From: an uncultured Deinococcaceae bacterium
Lineage (GTDB): Bacteria; Deinococcota; Deinococci; Deinococcales; Deinococcaceae
NCBI GenBank assembly: GCA_964252075.1
Contig: CAXULY010000012.1
Coordinates: forward strand, 32,001 to 96,000
DNA: 64,000 bases
Reading direction: 5' to 3'
Of the stretch, positions 1 through 12,594 are shown in pieces (the stretch's first letter is position 1; each line of letters opens with the position of its first letter). Both the position numbers and the translations under genes were made by a program. The notes beneath the pieces were generated by a model, which saw only the letters and a program-made list of their open reading frames with translations, searched no databases and was not told where the DNA came from.

Positions 1-2
1 TC

Positions 3-527
3 GTGACGCTCACGGACGACCCCACGCTGCCGCGCGGCCTGCGCTCCAGGCCCTTCGACGCGGAGGGGCACCCCAGCGCGCCGCTCGCGCTGGTGGAGGG
101 CGGCGTGCTGCGCGGTTTCCTGCACAACGCGCAGACCGCCGCGCAGGACGGCGTGGCAAGCACCGGGCACGCCACCCGCTTCAGCCACAGCAGCCCGGTG
201 GGCGTGGGGTTCAGCAACCTGTTCATGGAGCCGGGCGACACCAGCCCGGAGGCGCTGCGCGCGGGCGTCACGGGCGTGCTCGTCACGGGCGTGTCGGGCG
301 GCCACGCGGGCGCGGACCCCATCACGGGCGATTTCAGCCTGCAGGCCGAGGGCTTCTGGCTCGAGGGCGGCGAGGTCGCGCACCCGCTGGAGGTGTTCAC
401 GGTGGCGGGCAACATCCTGGAGCTGCTGGGGGCGGTGGAGGCGGTCGGGAACGACCTGCACTGGACGACCTCCGGCACGGGCGCGCCCAGCGTGCGCGTG
501 CCGGACCTCGCCATCGGCGGCGAGTAA
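3..527 (+). CDS. TldD/PmbA family protein, C-terminal part (5' truncated by window)
   Basis: FDAEG motif, GDFSLQAEG..LEGGE, TVAGNILELL, typical of the PmbA/TldE C-terminus. Confidence 0.9.
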   Translation: MTLTDDPTLPRGLRSRPFDAEGHPSAPLALVEGGVLRGFLHNAQTAAQDGVASTGHATRFSHSSPVGVGFSNLFMEPGDTSPEALRAGVTGVLVTGVSGGHAGADPITGDFSLQAEGFWLEGGEVAHPLEVFTVAGNILELLGAVEAVGNDLHWTTSGTGAPSVRVPDLAIGGE

Positions 528-532
528 CGACC

Positions 533-570
533 AGGCAAGGGGCGGACGCGAGGCGTCCGCCCCTCTGCCT
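533..570. terminator. Hairpin between convergent genes (probable bidirectional terminator)
   Basis: AGGGGCGGACGC-GAG-GCGTCCGCCCCT inverted repeat right after the stop at 527. Confidence 0.65.
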
Positions 571-581
571 TTGCTCCCGCG

Positions 582-1550
582 TCAGCCTGCCGCGTCGTCG
601 AGGGCCAGCGCGAAGGGCGCCTGGAGGCCCGCCTGCGCCGCGGCGCGCACCACGTCCGGCGCGAACGCCAGCGCCAGCACGGCGCGATAGGCGCGCTCCG
701 CGAGCGGGCGGTCCCCGAGCGCGTCGCGCACCTGACCGAGCCGCGCCAGGATCAGGCCCGTGAGGCCCAGGCCATCCGGCAGGTGCGCGTGCGCGGCGGC
801 CTCCAGCAGCTCGCGGGCGCTCGTGAGGTCACCCACCGCGAGGTACAGCCCGGCGGCGGCGTACCGCAACTCCGCCTGCGGCGTCACGTCATCGCCGGAC
901 TCGCGCAGCAGCGCGGCCAGCAGGGCCTCCAGGTCGTCGTCGTCCTCCAGGCGCTCGGCGCGGTCCGCGAGGGCGCGCAGGCGCGAGGACTCACCGGGCG
1001 TGAGGGGCGCGGGCAGGCGCGCGTCCGGCAGGCACTCCAGCAGGCCCGGCAGGTCATCGAGCGCCACGAGCGCCACGCCCGCCCGACCCGCGAGCGCCCC
1101 GGCGAGCTGTTCCAGGCGGCGCGCGGCGTGCCGGGTGCCGGGGCCCTCGTCGAGCGCAGCGCGGGTGTCCGCTTGGTACGCCCGCGCGGCGCCCAGCAGC
1201 GCGTCCCCCGCCACGCGTGCGGGCGTGAGGGGCGCGCCGAGCAGCGCGTCCCGCAGCGCCGCCTCTGCGCGCCCGGCCTGCCGCAGGCGCTCGCGGCCCT
1301 GCGGGTACTGCTGCAGGAACTCCAGCAGTTGCGCGTGCTCCGCGTCCGCCCACGCCCAGTCCGGCGCGAGGTCCACGACCGCGAGGCCCGCCGCGCGGAA
1401 GGCGTCCCGCGCGGGGTGGTCCGGGTCAGGGCTGGACAGCCACAGCACCTCCCGCGCGCCCGCCGCGCGCGCGAGTTCCACGAGGGTCGCGGCGTTGTAC
1501 TGCGGACTGAGGCGCAGCAGGTCCCCGGTGTCGGGCAGCAGGGTCAGCAC
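582..1550 (-). CDS. Hypothetical protein with C-terminal TPR-like helices
   Basis: GTG at 1550, 10 nt after the rel stop; C-terminal [25 protein letters not shown] is TPR-like. Confidence 0.7.
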   Translation of the reverse strand: MLTLLPDTGDLLRLSPQYNAATLVELARAAGAREVLWLSSPDPDHPARDAFRAAGLAVVDLAPDWAWADAEHAQLLEFLQQYPQGRERLRQAGRAEAALRDALLGAPLTPARVAGDALLGAARAYQADTRAALDEGPGTRHAARRLEQLAGALAGRAGVALVALDDLPGLLECLPDARLPAPLTPGESSRLRALADRAERLEDDDDLEALLAALLRESGDDVTPQAELRYAAAGLYLAVGDLTSARELLEAAAHAHLPDGLGLTGLILARLGQVRDALGDRPLAERAYRAVLALAFAPDVVRAAAQAGLQAPFALALDDAAG

Positions 1551-1560
1551 GCGCGGCGCC

Positions 1561-3822
<2,262 letters not shown>

Positions 3823-3894
3823 CCGCAGAGTCTAGCGCACCGCGCCGCCCTGAAATCCCGCGCATGTCTCGCTCGCGCGGGGTGGCGGCGCATG

Positions 3895-3920
3895 AAAAAC
3901 GCCCGCGCGGAGCGGGCGGG
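3895..3920 (-). terminator. Intrinsic terminator of the small ORF 3945-4064
   Basis: minus strand CGCCCGC-TCCGC-GCGGGCG-TTTTT. Confidence 0.7.
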
Positions 3921-3944
3921 AAGATGGTTTGTGCTGTGAACGCC

Positions 3945-4064
3945 TCAGCGTCGGCGCGGACGGACCGGAACCGGGACCGGAATGGGCACGGGCTGCGGCT
4001 GTGGTTCAGTGAACCCCCGCAGGGCCTCACGGAGGCGTTCGATAAATTCCTTGAGTCCCTTCAC
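3945..4064 (-). CDS. 39-aa small protein MKGLKEFIERLREALRGFTEPQPQPVPIPVPVPVRPRRR (absent from ORF track)
   Basis: GTG start with GGAGGT RBS (4076-4081), TAGACT -10 (4135-4140), terminator downstream. Confidence 0.75.
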   Translation of the reverse strand: MKGLKEFIERLREALRGFTEPQPQPVPIPVPVPVRPRRR

Positions 4065-4177
4065 GGTCTTAGCCTACCTCCCTGGGGCGTGAGACGATTG
4101 GCGCTTGGGTGAGCTTTGCTTGATGCCTGAAGGCAGTCTAGCGCCCATTTTCTGACAGTTTTCTTTTCCCGTGCGCC

Positions 4178-4870
4178 CTACCTGCGGGGCGGCTGGCTGG
4201 GGCGCACCTCCACGCGGCTCGGCAGCGTCCGCGCGGGAATCCGCGTGAGGTCCAGCACGAGTTGCGCGAGGTCCTCCGGCTGGATCTTCCAGGCGTCCTG
4301 GTCGTTCGGGGTGTGCCCACCGAAGTGCGTGGCGACGCTGCCCGGCATGATCTGCGTGACGCGAATGCCAAGGGGCCGCAGGTCCAGCATGATCGCCTCC
4401 GTGAAGCCGTTCAGGCCGAACTTGCTGGCGTTGTACGCCGCGCCGCCTCCGAAAGGGTTCTTGCCCGCCAGGCTCGACAGGGTGATCACGTACCCCTTGC
4501 TGGCCGTCAAGGCCTCCAGCGCCGCCTTCACGGTGAAGAACACGCCCGTGAGGTTCGTGTCGATGACCGCCTGCCACTGCTCGGGCGTCAGGTCCTGCAC
4601 GGGGGCGAAGTGCCCCACGCCCGCATTCGCGAACAGCAGGTCCAGGCTGGAGAAACGCTCCATGTGCGCCCGCACGGCCGCCTGGAGGCTGTTCAGGTCC
4701 CGCACGTCGGCCGCCACGCCGAGCGCCTGCGTCCCCAGGCGCTTCGCGGCCGCCTCGACCTCACCCTCGTTGCGGGCGGTGATGGTGACGTTCCAGCCCG
4801 CGAACACCAGCGCCTCCGCGACGGCGTACCCGATGCCCTTGCTGCCCCCCGTGATGAATGCACTCGACAT
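4178..4870 (-). CDS. SDR family oxidoreductase
   Basis: TGGSKGIG, ANAG, YNASK. Confidence 0.93.
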   Translation of the reverse strand: MSSAFITGGSKGIGYAVAEALVFAGWNVTITARNEGEVEAAAKRLGTQALGVAADVRDLNSLQAAVRAHMERFSSLDLLFANAGVGHFAPVQDLTPEQWQAVIDTNLTGVFFTVKAALEALTASKGYVITLSSLAGKNPFGGGAAYNASKFGLNGFTEAIMLDLRPLGIRVTQIMPGSVATHFGGHTPNDQDAWKIQPEDLAQLVLDLTRIPARTLPSRVEVRPSQPPRR

Positions 4871-4930
4871 GCGCCGACGCTAGCACGGCCCCTCACCGCG
4901 CGGCATAAGAGGCAGATGGAGGGGCGTGCG

Positions 4931-5419
4931 CTATTGCGCGGGCAGCGCCGCGAGCGCGCCGTCCCACGCGACGCGCCCGGCGTCCTGCTGCGCCAGCCAC
5001 AGCTGCACGAGGCTGAAACGCTGCTCGAAGCGGCGCGTCTCGCCCTGCGGGAGGCGCACCTCCAGGCGCAGCACCGCCGACTCGAACGGCGACAGCGACG
5101 CGGGCACCACGACCACCGGCGTGACCCGCACGGCGGACGCGTCCTCGGGCGGCGCCACGCGCGCCAGCGGGTACCTGCGCGCGAGGGCCGCCGGGAACGC
5201 GTCCGTCATGGCCTGCGCGAGTGAGGCGCGCTGCTCATCCGTCAGCACCTCCGGGTGCCCCTCGAACTGCACGGGGGCGAGCGCGAACGCCGCCTGTGAG
5301 ATGGGCACGGCGCGCGCCACCGCCGCGGGCGAGGGCAGCGCGGCGTCCTGGGCGAGGGCCGACGCCCCGAAGCCCAGGGTCAGCAGCGCCGCGGCGAGGC
5401 GGCGGGAAGGGAGGGTCAC
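4931..5419 (-). CDS. Hypothetical secreted protein
   Basis: Signal peptide RRLAAALLTLGFGASALA-Q. Confidence 0.65.
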   Translation of the reverse strand: MTLPSRRLAAALLTLGFGASALAQDAALPSPAAVARAVPISQAAFALAPVQFEGHPEVLTDEQRASLAQAMTDAFPAALARRYPLARVAPPEDASAVRVTPVVVVPASLSPFESAVLRLEVRLPQGETRRFEQRFSLVQLWLAQQDAGRVAWDGALAALPAQ

Positions 5420-5503
5420 GCGCGTCAGTCAAGCAGACGAAGCTGACGCGCGCGTGAGCCCCAGGCCACCCTGGCTTTGGGTGGCCCGCCGTAGCATGAG
5501 GGC

Positions 5504-6118
5504 ATGAACCGCCTGCTGGACACCCTGCGCCGCCTGCGCGCGCCCGACGGCTGCCCCTGGGATCAGGAGCAGACGCACCTGAGCCTGCGCCCCTACCTGC
5601 TGGAGGAAGCCGCCGAGGCGGTGGACGCCCTCACGGACGGCGAGCCGCGCGAAGTCGTGAATGAACTCGGGGACGTGCTGCTGCAGGTCGCCTTCCACAG
5701 CGTGATCGCCGAGGAAGCGGGCGGGTGGACCTACCCGGACGTGGAGGCCGCCATCGTGGAGAAACTCGTGCGCCGCCACCCGCACGTGTTCGCGGACGTG
5801 CAGGTGCAGGACAGCGCCGAGGTGACGCGCAACTGGGACGCCATCAAGGCCACCGAGGGCGGCACCGTGAAGCGCGGCGCCAAGCGCGTGCCGGGCGGAC
5901 TTGGGGCGCTCGCGCGCGAAGCGGACGCCCAGAAACTGCTGGGGCAGGAGAAGCGCGGGAAGGCGGCGGTGCTGGAGGGGTTGAGCGCCGCCCCCAACGA
6001 TGCCGCCGGCGTGGCGGCGGCGCTGGAGGCTGTGGTGGCCTGGGCGCGCGAGGTGGGCGTGGACCCGGAGGTCGCGCTGCGCGAGCACACCAACGCCCGC
6101 CTGAACGCCCAGCCGTGA
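5504..6118 (+). CDS. mazG: MazG family nucleoside triphosphate pyrophosphohydrolase
   Basis: [34 protein letters not shown]; second domain degenerate. Confidence 0.9.
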   Translation: MNRLLDTLRRLRAPDGCPWDQEQTHLSLRPYLLEEAAEAVDALTDGEPREVVNELGDVLLQVAFHSVIAEEAGGWTYPDVEAAIVEKLVRRHPHVFADVQVQDSAEVTRNWDAIKATEGGTVKRGAKRVPGGLGALAREADAQKLLGQEKRGKAAVLEGLSAAPNDAAGVAAALEAVVAWAREVGVDPEVALREHTNARLNAQP

Positions 6119-6681
6119 CGGACCCGCTGGACGCGGCGCTGCAGGACCCCTGGGCGCAGTGGCTCTCTGGGCGCCCCCGGCAGCGCCTGAAGCTGCCCGA
6201 CTACCGTCGCGCGGCGGTGCTGGTGGCCCTCACGCGCGAGGCGGACCCGCGCGTGCTGCTCACCGTGCGCGCCAGCGACCTCCCCACGCACCAGGGGCAG
6301 ATCGCCTTCCCCGGTGGCAGCCTGGAACCCGGCGAGGACGTGGTGCAGGCGGCGCTGCGCGAGGCGTGGGAGGAGGTGGGCCTGGAGCCCGACGCCGTGA
6401 CGGTGCTGGGCGAACTGAACGACGTGTTCACCCCCGTCGGCTTCCATGTCACGCCGGTCCTGGCGCGCATTGAGCCTGGCCTGAGCTACCAGCCTTCTGC
6501 GGAGGTGGCGGCCATCATCGAGCCGCGCCTGTCTGAGCTGCGCGCCCTCACGCCCCAGCACGAGGAGCGCGTCGCCCCGGACGGCGCGCGGCGCACGGTG
6601 TACCGCTACCCGTGGCGCGGGCACGACATCTGGGGCATGACCGCGTGGGTGCTGCGCGAACTGATCGAGGAGGGCGTGTAG
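6115..6681 (+). CDS. Nudix hydrolase, CoA pyrophosphatase type
   Basis: [35 protein letters not shown] overlap with mazG. Confidence 0.92.
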   Translation: MTDPLDAALQDPWAQWLSGRPRQRLKLPDYRRAAVLVALTREADPRVLLTVRASDLPTHQGQIAFPGGSLEPGEDVVQAALREAWEEVGLEPDAVTVLGELNDVFTPVGFHVTPVLARIEPGLSYQPSAEVAAIIEPRLSELRALTPQHEERVAPDGARRTVYRYPWRGHDIWGMTAWVLRELIEEGV

Positions 6682-6690
6682 GGCGCCCGC

Positions 6691-7116
6691 TCACCCGAGC
6701 GGCGCGAGGTGCAGGAGCAGCGTCTGCTCGACGGGTTCCTCCAGGTCCGCGGTGTCCGGCACCAGGCCGGCCATCACCTGGTACGTGAGGCGGAACCGTC
6801 CGGCGGCGACGGGCCGCGTGAAGTCCGGCGCGTCCGGGAAGTTCAGGATTTCGGACACGGCGAGCACGCCGCCCGGCACGACCAGTTCGGTCGCCCCGCC
6901 GTCCAGCGGTCCGGTCGCCAGCCGGACATCCACGTAATCCTTGTCCATGCCGATCGCGACGGCGCGCCCCCCCCACCGCACGCTGTGGCCCACCGTGTGC
7001 TCGGCGTGCTCGTCCCAGAACGTCGCCTCCGCCCCATCGTCCTCGAAGGGACCGGCGTCGTGCACCACCACCTGACCGAAATCCGCGAACATCAGCCCGA
7101 GCCGCTCACCTGTCAT
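6691..7116 (-). CDS. Hypothetical acidic protein
   Basis: ATG 7 nt after the serA stop; GC-rich codon pattern. Confidence 0.6.
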   Translation of the reverse strand: MTGERLGLMFADFGQVVVHDAGPFEDDGAEATFWDEHAEHTVGHSVRWGGRAVAIGMDKDYVDVRLATGPLDGGATELVVPGGVLAVSEILNFPDAPDFTRPVAAGRFRLTYQVMAGLVPDTADLEEPVEQTLLLHLAPLG

Positions 7117-7123
7117 GGCGGAA

Positions 7124-8737
7124 TTACACCTCCACGAGGTACGCGTTGTCGATGAGGTCCAGGGCGCGCACCCGCGCGAGTTGCTCCGCCGTGAGGCCAT
7201 CATCGAGCGTGAGGGTGAACAGGGCCTGCCCGCCCTTCTCGTGGCGCCCGAGGGACATGCCCGCGATGTTCACGCCGAAGGACCCCAGCAGGTTCGAGAT
7301 CTGCGCGACGGCGCCCGGCTTGTCCTGATTCGAGACGATCAGGATGTGCCCGACCGGTTCGAGTTCCACGCGGTAATCGCGCAGGCGCGTGAGGCGCGCC
7401 ATCTTCCCGAAGACCGTGCCGCCCACCGTGCGCTTGCGGGCGCCCTGGTGCGCGATGACGCGCACCTCCGTCTGGTAGTCGCCGGGTTCGTCCGTGGCGC
7501 GCGTGACGACGCGGATGCCGCGCTCCTTGGCGAGCGCGCGCGCGTTGATGAGGTTCGGGCGGTCCTCGGTGGTGCCGCTCAGGTACCCGACCAGCACGCT
7601 CGTGACGATGGGGGTGGTGTCGGCGGGGAAGGTGCCCGCGAAGTCCACCTCGATCTCGTTCGCGCCGGGCAGGAGCTGGCCCTGAATCTTCCCGAGTTTC
7701 TCCGCGAGGTCCAGGTACCCGCCGAGGGCCTCGCGCGTCGCGGCGTCCATGGCGGGGGCGTTCACCGCGCCGCGCGACACGTCGCCGCGCAGGGCGGCCA
7801 GCACGCGGTCCACGATCTCCGCACCCACGCGCTCCTGCGCCTCGACGGTGTTCGCGCCGAGGTGCGCGGTGATCGCGAGGTTCGGGGCGCGCAGGAACGG
7901 ATGGTCGGGCGTGGGCGGCTCGTCGCGGAACACGTCCACGCCCGCCGCGAACAGGTGCCCGCTGTGCAGGGCCGCGACGAGCGCCTCCTCCTGGATGATG
8001 TTGCCGCGCGCGGCGTTCACGACGATGGCACCGGGCCGCAGCCGCGCGAGCTCCCGCTCCCCGATCATGCCGTCCGTCTCCTCGGTGAGGGGCGTGTGGA
8101 CGGTGAGGAAGTCCGCTGCGTCCAGCAACTCATCGAGGGTGCCCGCGCGGCGCACGCCGGTCTGGGCGAACTTGCCCTCCGCCACGTAGGGGTCATACGC
8201 GATGACCTGCATCTTGAGGCCCTGCGCGCGCGCCGCGACGAGCGTCCCAATGCGCCCCAGGCCCACGATGCCGAGCGTCTTGTCCTTGAGTTCCACACCC
8301 AGGAACTTGCGGTCCCACACGCCCGCGCGGGTCTTCGCGTCGCTGCGCGTGAGGCCGCGCGCGGCGGCCATCAGGTGCATCACGGCCAGCTCGGCGGCGG
8401 ACACGTTGTTGCTCTCCGGCGCGTTCAGGATCAGGATGCCGCGGCGCGACGCGGCGTCCAGGTCAATGTTGTCCACGCCCACGCCACCGCGCCCCACGAC
8501 CTTCAGGCGTGGCCCCGCCGCGTCCAGCAGCTCGGCGTCCACGCGCGTGCGGCTGCGCGTGATGAGCGCGTCGAAGTCCGGGAGGCGGCGCAGCACCTCG
8601 TCCCGCGGCATGTTCGCCACGTACTCGATGTCGAAGCCCGCGTGATTCAGCTCACCGGGGTTCATCTCGTCGCAGATCAGCACCCGCAGGGGTTCCTGCG
8701 GCGCTCGGGCCTCACGGGTGGGAGCGGCGGAAGTCAT
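7124..8737 (-). CDS. serA: D-3-phosphoglycerate dehydrogenase with C-terminal ACT
   Basis: GVGVDNID, SAAE, GLGRIG, NAARG, DVFRDEP, HLGANTVEAQ, DKPG. Confidence 0.96.
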   Translation of the reverse strand: MTSAAPTREARAPQEPLRVLICDEMNPGELNHAGFDIEYVANMPRDEVLRRLPDFDALITRSRTRVDAELLDAAGPRLKVVGRGGVGVDNIDLDAASRRGILILNAPESNNVSAAELAVMHLMAAARGLTRSDAKTRAGVWDRKFLGVELKDKTLGIVGLGRIGTLVAARAQGLKMQVIAYDPYVAEGKFAQTGVRRAGTLDELLDAADFLTVHTPLTEETDGMIGERELARLRPGAIVVNAARGNIIQEEALVAALHSGHLFAAGVDVFRDEPPTPDHPFLRAPNLAITAHLGANTVEAQERVGAEIVDRVLAALRGDVSRGAVNAPAMDAATREALGGYLDLAEKLGKIQGQLLPGANEIEVDFAGTFPADTTPIVTSVLVGYLSGTTEDRPNLINARALAKERGIRVVTRATDEPGDYQTEVRVIAHQGARKRTVGGTVFGKMARLTRLRDYRVELEPVGHILIVSNQDKPGAVAQISNLLGSFGVNIAGMSLGRHEKGGQALFTLTLDDGLTAEQLARVRALDLIDNAYLVEV

Positions 8738-8797
8738 AGGTCAGGGTACCGCCAGCTGGAAAGCGCGGCGCGCAGAGTGCTGGACAGGCCCACACCG

Positions 8798-9394
8798 TCA
8801 GGTAAGGCCCGCGTCCTGCTTGAGGGCCGCCGCGAGCAGGCGCTGGTACGCCGCGCCCGTGACCTCGAAAGTGCCGAAGCGCGCGAGGTGCGGGTTCTGA
8901 ATCTGCGCGTCAAGGAGCGTGAAGCCGCGCCGCGTGAGGTGACGCGAGAGGCCCACCAGCGCCGCTTTGCTGCCGCCCGTGAGGGCCGTGAACATGCTCT
9001 CCCCGATGAACGCCCCGCCGAGCGCGAGGCCCAGCACGCCACCCGCGAGTTGATCGCCTCGCCACGCCTCGAAGCTGTGCACGAGGCCAGTGCCGTGCAG
9101 GTGCGTGTAGATGCCTTTCAGTTCGTCGCTGATCCAGGTCTCACTGCGGTTCGCGCAGCCGTCCAGCACGCCGGGGAAGTCGCTGTTGAGGCGCAGGGTG
9201 AAGTGGGGCAGCTCCCGTTCCAGGCGGCGCGGGACGTGCAGGGCGTCCCCGAGCGGCACCAGAGCGCGGCGGCTCACGCCGTACCACTGCAGGCCGTCGC
9301 CGTTGTCCATCAGGAAGCCGCCACGCGCGTACCCACGCGCGACCTCCGCGGTGAGGGGATCGGGGTGATCGAGAAACACCTGGGCGGTCGGCAA
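8798..9394 (-). CDS. aat: Leucyl/phenylalanyl-tRNA--protein transferase
   Basis: YARGGFLM, TWIS, HSFEAW, GESMF, SKAAL, LLDAQ..NPHL. Confidence 0.93.
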   Translation of the reverse strand: MPTAQVFLDHPDPLTAEVARGYARGGFLMDNGDGLQWYGVSRRALVPLGDALHVPRRLERELPHFTLRLNSDFPGVLDGCANRSETWISDELKGIYTHLHGTGLVHSFEAWRGDQLAGGVLGLALGGAFIGESMFTALTGGSKAALVGLSRHLTRRGFTLLDAQIQNPHLARFGTFEVTGAAYQRLLAAALKQDAGLT

Positions 9395-9541
9395 GGCAGG
9401 GTGGTTATAACACGCGCGGCAAGGTCAACCGCGCGGGCGAAGCGGCGCCCCCGGCCCCGTGAGGTGGTTCCCGCGGGCGCTCGGGGCTGAACGGGGGCCA
9501 GGACCGCGCTTCGCGCTGACCGCCGCCCTAGAATGCCGGGT

Positions 9542-10135
9542 GTGATCGCTTACTTGAGTGGCCTCGTGCGGGAGTTGCGCGAGGCGAGCGCGGTGGTGCT
9601 GGCGGGCGGCGTGGGGTACGAGGTGTGGTGCCCCGCCGGGACGCTCGGGCGCCTCACCGTGAACGGTCAGGCGGAGTTGCACACGCGCCTGATCGTGCGC
9701 GAGGACGCCTGGACCCTGTACGGCTTCGTGGACACGGACAGCGCGCGCCTCTTCGACCTGCTCACGAGCGTGACGGGCGTCGGGCCGAAGCTCGCGCTGG
9801 CGCTCCTCTCGACGCTCGCGCCGAACGTGCTGGCGGCAGGCCTCGTGCAGGGGGACGCGAAGCTCCTGGCGAGCGTGTCCGGGGTGGGCAAGAAGACCGC
9901 CGAGCGCCTCGTGCTGGAGTTGCAGAACAAGGTGCCGGAGCACCTCCTGGCCACGCAGGGCGGCGCCAGGACCGTGATGGTGGCGGGCACCGCCGGGCAG
10001 GACGCGGTGGAGGCGCTGCTGGCGCTGGGCTTCCGGGAGGCGCAGGTGCGCGGCGTGGTGAGTGAGCTGTTCGCGGCGGACCCGCAGCAGAGTGCGGACG
10101 CGCTGATCCGCAAGGCGCTGGGTCGGTTGCGCTAG
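9542..10135 (+). CDS. ruvA: Holliday junction branch migration protein RuvA
   Basis: IAYLSG, GGVGY, VRED..LYGF, GVGPKLA, GVGKKTAERL, ALLALGF; TAGAAT 7 nt before GTG 9542. Confidence 0.97.
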   Translation: MIAYLSGLVRELREASAVVLAGGVGYEVWCPAGTLGRLTVNGQAELHTRLIVREDAWTLYGFVDTDSARLFDLLTSVTGVGPKLALALLSTLAPNVLAAGLVQGDAKLLASVSGVGKKTAERLVLELQNKVPEHLLATQGGARTVMVAGTAGQDAVEALLALGFREAQVRGVVSELFAADPQQSADALIRKALGRLR

Positions 10136-10136
10136 C

Positions 10137-11297
10137 GTGACGCGTCGGCTGCGGTTCACCAGTCAGGGCGGCTCCGACGACCGCCGGGTGACGTGGCTGG
10201 AGTTGTTCTTCGACCTCGTGTACGTCGCGGCGTTCGGGGAGATCGCCCTGCGGCTGGAGAAGGTGGACGCCGCGCACGCCGTGACGTTCGCGGTGTTCTT
10301 CGCGGCGGCGTGGTTCTCGTGGCTGGCGAACACCCTGTTCGCGGCGCGCTACGGGAACGACTCGCGCGCGTACAGCGCCGCCACCCTGGTGCAGATGCTG
10401 GCGCTCGGTGCGGTGGCGGCGGCGGCGTCCGGGGAGCTGCGGGAGTACGCCCCCATGCTGGCGCTCGCGTACGCCGTGGGGCGTGGGGCGCTCGCGGCGC
10501 TGCACCTCTCCGCGCGCGGGGAGGGCGCGCGCCTCGCGCGGCGCCTGGCGGGCGTACAGGCGGTCACGTCGCTGCTGTGGCTGATCTCGGTGTTCGTGGA
10601 CGGCACGCCGCGCGCGGTGCTGTGGGGGGCCGCGCTGCTCATTGACCTGAGCGGCCCGCTGTTCACGCTGCGGCGCCAGGGCCGCACGCTGCCGCACGAG
10701 GCGCACCTCCCGGAGCGCCTGGGGCAGCTGTACATCGTGGTGCTGGGCGTGGTGGTGACGGAGATCGTGAAGGGCGCCGCCGAGCAGCCCTTCTCGTGGC
10801 TGGCGCAGCTGCCGCCCGCGCTGGGGCTGATCGCGGTGATCGCGCTGTGGCAGGCGTACTTCGAGAGCACCAGCAGCACGCCCGTGCGGGCCGCCGAGCA
10901 GCAGGGCCGCAGCGGCGCGCTGGAGGCGTGGCTGTACCTGCACCTGCCCCTGATGGGCGCCCTCACGGCGCTCGGCGCGGGCCTGGGTCACACCGCCGCG
11001 GAGCGCGCGGAGAACGGCCTGGTGGGCGTCACGCTGGGCGTGGCGTTCCTGGCACTTGCGGCGCTGCGCCTCATCGCCGAGAGTTACTTCGGGCGGCGCG
11101 GCGATCCCCTCACGGTGTACCTCGCGGCGGCCGGGCTGCTGGGCGGCGCGCTCGCGGTGTGGATGCACCCCAGCCGCCTGTATCTCACGCTGCTCGTCGC
11201 GGTGGTATGCCTGGGCGCCACGCTCGTGGCGGCGCTCAGTCCGCGCGCGCAGCGCGTCAACGACCAGCTGCAGGAGGAGAGCGCCAGCGAGGAGTGA
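10137..11297 (+). CDS. Low temperature requirement protein A (LtrA) family membrane protein
   Basis: VTWLELFFDLVYV, HLPERLG..IVVLG, WLYLHLPL. Confidence 0.9.
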   Translation: MTRRLRFTSQGGSDDRRVTWLELFFDLVYVAAFGEIALRLEKVDAAHAVTFAVFFAAAWFSWLANTLFAARYGNDSRAYSAATLVQMLALGAVAAAASGELREYAPMLALAYAVGRGALAALHLSARGEGARLARRLAGVQAVTSLLWLISVFVDGTPRAVLWGAALLIDLSGPLFTLRRQGRTLPHEAHLPERLGQLYIVVLGVVVTEIVKGAAEQPFSWLAQLPPALGLIAVIALWQAYFESTSSTPVRAAEQQGRSGALEAWLYLHLPLMGALTALGAGLGHTAAERAENGLVGVTLGVAFLALAALRLIAESYFGRRGDPLTVYLAAAGLLGGALAVWMHPSRLYLTLLVAVVCLGATLVAALSPRAQRVNDQLQEESASEE

Positions 11298-11361
11298 GCG
11301 GGGGCATCATCTGGCAGCGTTCCTACGGTCCCGGCGGGGTGCGCGTGCTGAGCTTGGTGGC

Positions 11362-11991
11362 ATGGCAACCCTCATCATTGGCGCGACGGGCGGCATCGGC
11401 GCGGCGCTGGCCCGCGCCGCGCAGGACCGGCCCCTCACCCTCTCCGGACGCGACGAGGCGCGCCTCACGGCGCTGGCGGGCGAGCTGGGCGCGACCGCCA
11501 GGGTGGCGGACCTGGGGTACGAGAGTCATGTCACGCGGCTCTTCGAGGGGCTTACGGGCCCGCTCGACACCCTGATGTACGCGGCGGGTTCCGCGTTCCC
11601 GGAGCCGCTGAAGGACGCGGGCGCGAAGGCCACCCGTGAGGTGTGGAACGCGAACTACTTCGGGGCGCTGTGGACCCTGAAGTGCGGCCTGCCGAGGCTC
11701 GCGCCGGGCGGACGGGTGTACTTCATCGGGGCGCGGCCCGAGCTGGTCACGGCGCGCGGCTTCGGGCAGTACGCGGCGAGCAAGGCGGCCCTCGCGCGCC
11801 TGCTGGACGTCACGCGACTGGAGGCGCGCGGGGTGGGGCTCACGCTGGTCCTGCCGCCCGCCGTGAACACCGGGCTGTGGAATCAGGTGGGGCGCGCACC
11901 GAAGGGCGCGCTGGACCCGCAGGCGGTGGCGGACGCCCTCTGGCAGGACCGCGCGCAGCCCCAGGCGCAGCCGGAACTGCGCGTGGACTGA
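11362..11991 (+). CDS. SDR family oxidoreductase
   Basis: GATGGIG, YAASK. Confidence 0.88.
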   Translation: MATLIIGATGGIGAALARAAQDRPLTLSGRDEARLTALAGELGATARVADLGYESHVTRLFEGLTGPLDTLMYAAGSAFPEPLKDAGAKATREVWNANYFGALWTLKCGLPRLAPGGRVYFIGARPELVTARGFGQYAASKAALARLLDVTRLEARGVGLTLVLPPAVNTGLWNQVGRAPKGALDPQAVADALWQDRAQPQAQPELRVD

Positions 11992-11993
11992 CC

Positions 11994-12594
11994 TTACTGG
12001 CGGTTGCGTTCCAGCATGGCGACCTCCACCAGCGCGATCGCGGCGAGGTCGTCACTCACCCCGACGGGCGGCGTCCCGACGCGCTCCAGCAGGAAGTGGC
12101 GCGCCACGAAGGAGCGGCGTTTCACGATGCGGTACACGTCCGCGCCGTCCGGGGCCTGCACGCGGTACCAGGGGTTGATGAACATCGCGACGAGCGGCCC
12201 GACGAGGGGCACCTCGTCCAGCAGGGTGTCAATGACCTTCGTCCAGGGGTTGGCCTCCTGGATGTGCAGCAGGGCCTCGCCGTGCGCGTCCGTCACGTCG
12301 TAGCGGGCGCGCCAGAGGCTGCGCAGGCCCGCCGCGCGCACGCTGCCCACCACGTGGTCGTCCTTGAGGCGGGTGATGGTGTGCACCGCGCGGAAGCCCG
12401 TGATGCGGTCGGCCTTCATGCGGTACAGCGGCACCGTCTTCTCCTGGTCGGCGTAGATGGTGGTGTCCTCGCGCAGCGTCAGGAGCTTCTGCTTCACCTG
12501 CATGAGGAGCGCGCCGCTGGCGTCCGTCACCTGCACCTCGGGGGACAGGGGTAATCACGCGGAAGGTGGCCGTCAGGGGGTAATTGTGGGGCAC
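11994..12594 (-). pseudogene. LURP-one/scramblase-like protein with an apparent 1-nt frameshift near the 5' end (may be a sequencing error)
   Basis: N-terminus MPHNYPLTATFRVIT (GTG 12594) is in a different frame from EVQVTDASG..VKQKLLTLRED; removing one G in 12540-12551 fuses them. Confidence 0.6.

Noticed and set aside
3864..4112. 82-aa plus-strand ORF in the rel-SDR gap
   Set aside because: The minus-strand 39-aa ORF has the promoter, RBS and terminator; this one has none
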